This document shows, piece after piece, positions 60,035 through 64,000 of a DNA stretch of 64,000 nt. The notes beneath the pieces are model-generated. The model was not told where the DNA came from. It did no database searches and was given only the letters and a program-made list of their open reading frames with translations. The translations under genes and the position numbers were made by a program. Position 1 is the first letter of the stretch. Each line of letters opens with the position of its first letter. Location: NCBI RefSeq assembly GCF_043726505.1, contig NZ_JAYSKH010000265.1; one strand, given 5' to 3'. Source of the stretch: Undibacterium sp. GTDB taxonomy: Bacteria; Pseudomonadota; Gammaproteobacteria; Burkholderiales; Burkholderiaceae_D.

Positions 60035-60379
60035 CTACCCCAAAGGCATGAAGTCCCTGACTGCGCGCCTGGAAATATTCTGCTCTTCCATGCTGCTGGC
60101 AATCTGTGTGCACACCGACCGGCAGAGTTCAACACAGGCTTCGTCGGAAATGACGTAGTACACCATATTGCCTTCCTTACGGCGGCCCAGGACTCCGGCT
60201 CGGTACATCGTATTCAAATGGCGGGATACGTTGGCTTGTGTGGATTCGACAGACGTGACAACGTCCGTTACCGACTTTTCGCCATCGCACAGCGCATGCA
60301 GTATCTTGAGCCTGGTAGGCTCGGACAGCAGCGCAAAATAGCCCGACACTTTTTCAAACAGCTGGTTCAGTTCATTCAT
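60035..60379 (-). CDS. soxR: ArsR/SmtB family repressor (SoxR-like)
   Basis: LSEPTRLKIL, SQANVS-like TQANVSRHL, RRKEGNMVYY; four Cys; directly upstream of soxC. Confidence 0.8.
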   Translation of the reverse strand: MNELNQLFEKVSGYFALLSEPTRLKILHALCDGEKSVTDVVTSVESTQANVSRHLNTMYRAGVLGRRKEGNMVYYVISDEACVELCRSVCTQIASSMEEQNISRRAVRDFMPLG

Positions 60380-60391
60380 TCTTACTCCTTC

Positions 60392-60419
60392 AACTATATG
60401 CTCAATCAAGCATATAGTT
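60392..60419. promoter_or_regulatory. Perfect 11-6-11 inverted repeat, candidate SoxR operator
   Basis: AACTATATGCT-CAATCA-AGCATATAGTT immediately upstream of the soxR RBS. Confidence 0.75.
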
Positions 60420-60459
60420 ATATGTATTATCAATTATTGAAATAAATACGCAAGACATT

Positions 60460-60503
60460 TTGATCTTGCAGCGCAGCAGAATGCAGTTGCATCGCAAGAT
60501 CAA
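60460..60503. terminator. Inverted repeat downstream of fccB (possible terminator or RNA hairpin)
   Basis: TTGATCTTGC...GCAAGATCAA. Confidence 0.45.
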
Positions 60504-60508
60504 TCCGT

Positions 60509-61789
60509 TCAAGCCAGCATGTCCGCCCAGATATTGTGCGCCCAGCTCTCCGCGTATTTTGTCTCTGCTTCGTTGGCAGCAGAAGACAGGCCGCCGGCGC
60601 CATGCACGCTGAGGAAAGTTTTTTGCTCCGCGCTATAGGCATGCACCGAGGCGATATGCACGACCTCTTTTTCCGACACATAGCTGTAACAGGTGTTATT
60701 GAGCATCGGCGCCTGGTTGGGCGTGTCGCCGTTCAGCAAATCGATCACCGCGGCAGCGCATACTTTTGCGTGCTGGTTCGCCATGTGGCCGGACTTGGGC
60801 ATCAGCGGCGCGACCTGGATGGCATCGCCGAGTATGTGGATATTCTTTGCCTGCGTCGATTCAAATGTCAGAAAATCGACTTCGCACCAGCGCTTGTTCA
60901 TGTTGGCGACACCTGCCTGCACAGCGATGGCGCCTGCGCGCTGCGGCGGAATCACGTTGACGACATTACCCTGCACCTTGTCGCCAAAATCGGAGATGAC
61001 GGTATTGGCAGCGGCGTCGATGTCAGCAGTAGTAAATTTCGGCGAATATTCGACGATACCCTTGTACTGCTCCGCCCAGGCTTTCTTGAATAGCGGCCCC
61101 TTGGACAACACGTCATCGTTCGCGTCCAGGATTAGTACTTTGGATTTCTTTTTATGGCGGGCAAAATAGGCCGCCACCTGGCACGCGCGCTCATACGGGC
61201 CTGGCGGGCAGCGGAACGGGGCGGGAGGAATGGAAATGACAAAGCTGCCGCCATCCGGCATTGCTTCCAGCTGCTTGCGCAAAGTCAGCGTCTGCGGCCC
61301 GGCCTTCCATGCATGCATGATTTTTTGCTGCGCTTCCGGCGTGTTCATGCCGGGTAGCTGGTCCCACAGAAAATCCACGCCGGGGCTTAGGATCAGCCTG
61401 TCATACTCCAGTGTGCGGCCGCTGGCCAGCTTCAGCGTGCGGCGTTCCTTGTCCACATACTGCGCGTAGTCACGGACCAGTTTCACGCCATGCCGCTGCA
61501 CCAGATTATCGTAGCTGAGCGTGATATCGGACATCTGGCGGAAACCTGCGAGCACCAGATTGGACACGGGACAGGAGACAAACTGTGCATCCGGCTCCAC
61601 CAAGGTAACCTCAATTTTTCCTTCGCCCCACAGGCGCAGGTATTTGGCGGCAGTAGCACCGCCGTAACCGCCGCCCACGACTACTACCCTCGCCTGCGGT
61701 TTTGATTGCGCGCGCACCAGCGGGCTGCCCAACAATGCGCCGGCAGGTATTGCACTGGCCAGCACCCGCATGAATTGACGGCGTTTCAT
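60509..61789 (-). CDS. fccB: Flavocytochrome c sulfide dehydrogenase flavoprotein subunit (FccB/SoxF)
   Basis: Tat signal KRRQFM; GGGYGGATAA, SCPVSN, RCPPGPYERA, PKSGHMAN, NTCYS. Confidence 0.93.
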   Translation of the reverse strand: MKRRQFMRVLASAIPAGALLGSPLVRAQSKPQARVVVVGGGYGGATAAKYLRLWGEGKIEVTLVEPDAQFVSCPVSNLVLAGFRQMSDITLSYDNLVQRHGVKLVRDYAQYVDKERRTLKLASGRTLEYDRLILSPGVDFLWDQLPGMNTPEAQQKIMHAWKAGPQTLTLRKQLEAMPDGGSFVISIPPAPFRCPPGPYERACQVAAYFARHKKKSKVLILDANDDVLSKGPLFKKAWAEQYKGIVEYSPKFTTADIDAAANTVISDFGDKVQGNVVNVIPPQRAGAIAVQAGVANMNKRWCEVDFLTFESTQAKNIHILGDAIQVAPLMPKSGHMANQHAKVCAAAVIDLLNGDTPNQAPMLNNTCYSYVSEKEVVHIASVHAYSAEQKTFLSVHGAGGLSSAANEAETKYAESWAHNIWADMLA

Positions 61790-62124
61790 TTCGCACCTCC
61801 GGCCGGTTCCACTTTCAGGCCGGAAAAATAAGCGGCGATCAGCGCCACCTGTTCATCCGTATACCCCTTGGCCAGTTGCTGCATCAGCGTCGAAGGACGG
61901 GAACCGGATTTGAAGGCCTGCATGCTGGCAATGATGGCGGCGCTGGATTGCCCGGCCAGTGGCGGCAGGCTATTGCCCACGACAACTCCGGCGGTACCGT
62001 GACACCCGGCGCAACTGGCGGCCAGGCGCTGGGCTGCTTTGTGATTATCCGTATTGGTGTCTGCTCCGTGCGCTACCACAGGCAGCGCGCAGCCGAACAG
62101 CATCCATGCAATCAATCTGGCCAT
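61786..62124 (-). CDS. fccA: Flavocytochrome c cytochrome subunit (monoheme)
   Basis: Signal peptide, CAGCH, MQQLAKGY; overlaps the fccB start. Confidence 0.88.
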   Translation of the reverse strand: MARLIAWMLFGCALPVVAHGADTNTDNHKAAQRLAASCAGCHGTAGVVVGNSLPPLAGQSSAAIIASMQAFKSGSRPSTLMQQLAKGYTDEQVALIAAYFSGLKVEPAGGAK

Positions 62125-62151
62125 GGGGCCTCCTTATATTTTTTAATCACT

Positions 62152-64000
62152 TCAAGCTGCGCCGTAAGCCCAGTGATGCTGCGTGTAGGTCGCCGCCACG
62201 GCATCCGGCACCGGGCTATCGATCGCGGCACAAGTGCAGCGTATCAGGTCTGCCGTCTGCACGTTCATCGCCGGGCCGGCGGCGGCCAGCAGCATGCGCA
62301 CCAAAAAAGGCTTGGCCAACGGCGCGAGCTGATTGAGCTTGTCCAGCGCCTGCTTGACGGCGGCAAAATCCAGCGTAGCCACCGTCAGCATATCTTTGTC
62401 GCCGATCACCAGCTCCGGCATGGCAACCGCGCCGCGTACGAACGCCTGCCCCGGAGAACCTGTCTGCCCTGCCGCGAAAGCAGCGAGCGACAGCAATAGT
62501 ATAGTCTCAGCCCGCAACTCCGTCAGATGACGGTACTTTACGCCCGATGCTCGTGCGGACCGGGTGCTGAGACGCCGGCTGAGCACGGTCTGCAATACGA
62601 ATTCGGCCAGCGTCGTTCTCTGGTCGGCGACGATCAACTGGTCCGCGACCGACAGCAGGCTGATGCGCTGCGCGTCGGACAGCAGATATAGCGCAGGCAT
62701 TGCCAGATCCAGCAGCGGCAGGCGGGCGCTGAGCGGCAGTTTCTCAATAGCCTCCCACATCAGAGTCGCCAGCGCGCACTGCGGCTGGGCGCTGCGGTTG
62801 AGTATGGCCAGTTGTTCCGCATAAGCTTGCGGGTCTGACTTATCCAGCAACAGCGCGTACACGAGTGCGCCTGCGCCCAGAGGCTCACGCGCGGCACTCA
62901 TTAATTGGGCATCCAGCCCGTGGGGTCGCAGCGCGCCCTCTGCAGGAACGTGAACATGCGCGTTCGCCGCAAGCGGCATGATGCCGGACGCGGCCAGCGC
63001 CTTTGCTTTCATCGCCCGCGCCAGGTCTATATTCCTGAAGCCGAAACCGTACATGCCCTCCGGCAGCGGTGCGGTATCCTGCACTTCATAAATTTCGTCG
63101 GCATTCAGGAAATCCATATGCCGGCCATAGACGCGGCGCAGCCTTTCTTCTAGCGGCGGGTGGGTAGCAAACAGGCCGGACAGCAGGCTGGGCCGGGCTG
63201 CGCCGAGAAACAGATGAGACAATTGCTCGGCCTTGGGGCTGTCTATGCGTGAACCGCAGTCGTTGATGCGGCCAAGGCCGCCTATCTTGCGCAGCGCGCC
63301 GCCGATGCCGTCCGGGTTACGCGTGAACTGTAAGGAACTGGCATCGGCGAGGAACTCGCGCTGGCGCGATACGGCGGATTTGATCAGCCGGCCGAAAAAG
63401 ATGCCGACGTAACCGACAACAAAAAACACCGCGCCCACCGCCAGCAGCACCAGTTGCAACGGCGGCCCCTTGTCGTTGCTGCTGCGCGATGAGCCCAGCC
63501 GCGAACCCCAGTACATCAGCTCCTGTCCGAAACCTGCCAGCATCTGTATGCCGAACAGCACGCCAATCAGCTTGACGTTCATCCGCATATCGCCGTTCAT
63601 GATATGGCTGAATTCATGCCCGACAACGCCTTGCAATTCGTCCCGCGTCAGCCGTACCAGCGCACCGCGCGTGACTGCGACTACCGCTTCATTCTGATGG
63701 TAGCCGGCGGCAAAGGCATTGATCGCCTCTTCCTTGTCCAGCACGTAGACGCGGGGGCAGGCAATACCGGAAGCCAACGCCATTTCCTCCACCACATTCA
63801 GCAGCCGGCGCTCCTGCAAATCCTTGGAGGACGGCATCACCAGGCGGCCACCGGCCATCTGCGCGACGGCGTCGCCGCCGCTGCCCAGCCGCACTGTTTC
63901 CAGCAAGGTGCCGCCGCCGACAAACAACAAGGTCAATAAGGTATTGGTCAGGAAAAATCCGTGCGGATACGGACGCTCCGGCGACAGCGAGCCGCCATGC
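62152..64000 (-). CDS. M48 family membrane metallopeptidase (HtpX-like with C-terminal extension), N-terminus beyond the window
   Basis: INAFAAG, GHEFSH (HExxH), SRQREFLADA, THPPLEERL. The frame stays open from the track start (63936) to the window edge. Confidence 0.9.
   Translation of the reverse strand, partial: HGGSLSPERPYPHGFFLTNTLLTLLFVGGGTLLETVRLGSGGDAVAQMAGGRLVMPSSKDLQERRLLNVVEEMALASGIACPRVYVLDKEEAINAFAAGYHQNEAVVAVTRGALVRLTRDELQGVVGHEFSHIMNGDMRMNVKLIGVLFGIQMLAGFGQELMYWGSRLGSSRSSNDKGPPLQLVLLAVGAVFFVVGYVGIFFGRLIKSAVSRQREFLADASSLQFTRNPDGIGGALRKIGGLGRINDCGSRIDSPKAEQLSHLFLGAARPSLLSGLFATHPPLEERLRRVYGRHMDFLNADEIYEVQDTAPLPEGMYGFGFRNIDLARAMKAKALAASGIMPLAANAHVHVPAEGALRPHGLDAQLMSAAREPLGAGALVYALLLDKSDPQAYAEQLAILNRSAQPQCALATLMWEAIEKLPLSARLPLLDLAMPALYLLSDAQRISLLSVADQLIVADQRTTLAEFVLQTVLSRRLSTRSARASGVKYRHLTELRAETILLLSLAAFAAGQTGSPGQAFVRGAVAMPELVIGDKDMLTVATLDFAAVKQALDKLNQLAPLAKPFLVRMLLAAAGPAMNVQTADLIRCTCAAIDSPVPDAVAATYTQHHWAYGAA

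Overview
64 kb of chromosomal DNA from a betaproteobacterium (Burkholderiales; the gene set and order resemble Oxalobacteraceae, which is an inference). The core backbone is dapF-DUF484-xerC-zur-cobW-dksA-hslVU, gpsA/secB/grxC/rhodanese, gpmA-envC-ctpA and argB-HAD-slmA. Several accessory modules are interleaved: (1) a tandem DUF3108-like pair upstream of queC, the first with a TonB-like anchor; (2) a LysR / gamma-glutamyl hydrolase / Rrf2-like block next to a translationally coupled secreted-protein-LytS-LytTR operon; (3) an aromatic-acid-type ABC transporter with a fused permease-ATPase; (4) a bufferin-type RiPP metallophore locus (6-Cys precursor, DUF692/MNIO, DUF2063) with no adjacent DoxX gene; (5) a co-oriented run of ECF sigma, zinc anti-sigma, Cys-rich CWC protein, folE, BLUF photoreceptor and an atypical alpha/beta hydrolase; (6) a complete Sox thiosulfate-oxidation cluster with flavocytochrome c. 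I recognised no rRNA, tRNA, CRISPR array, IS element or prophage. All family calls are by eye from motifs, without database searches. Several start codons were moved from the ORF track to more plausible positions.
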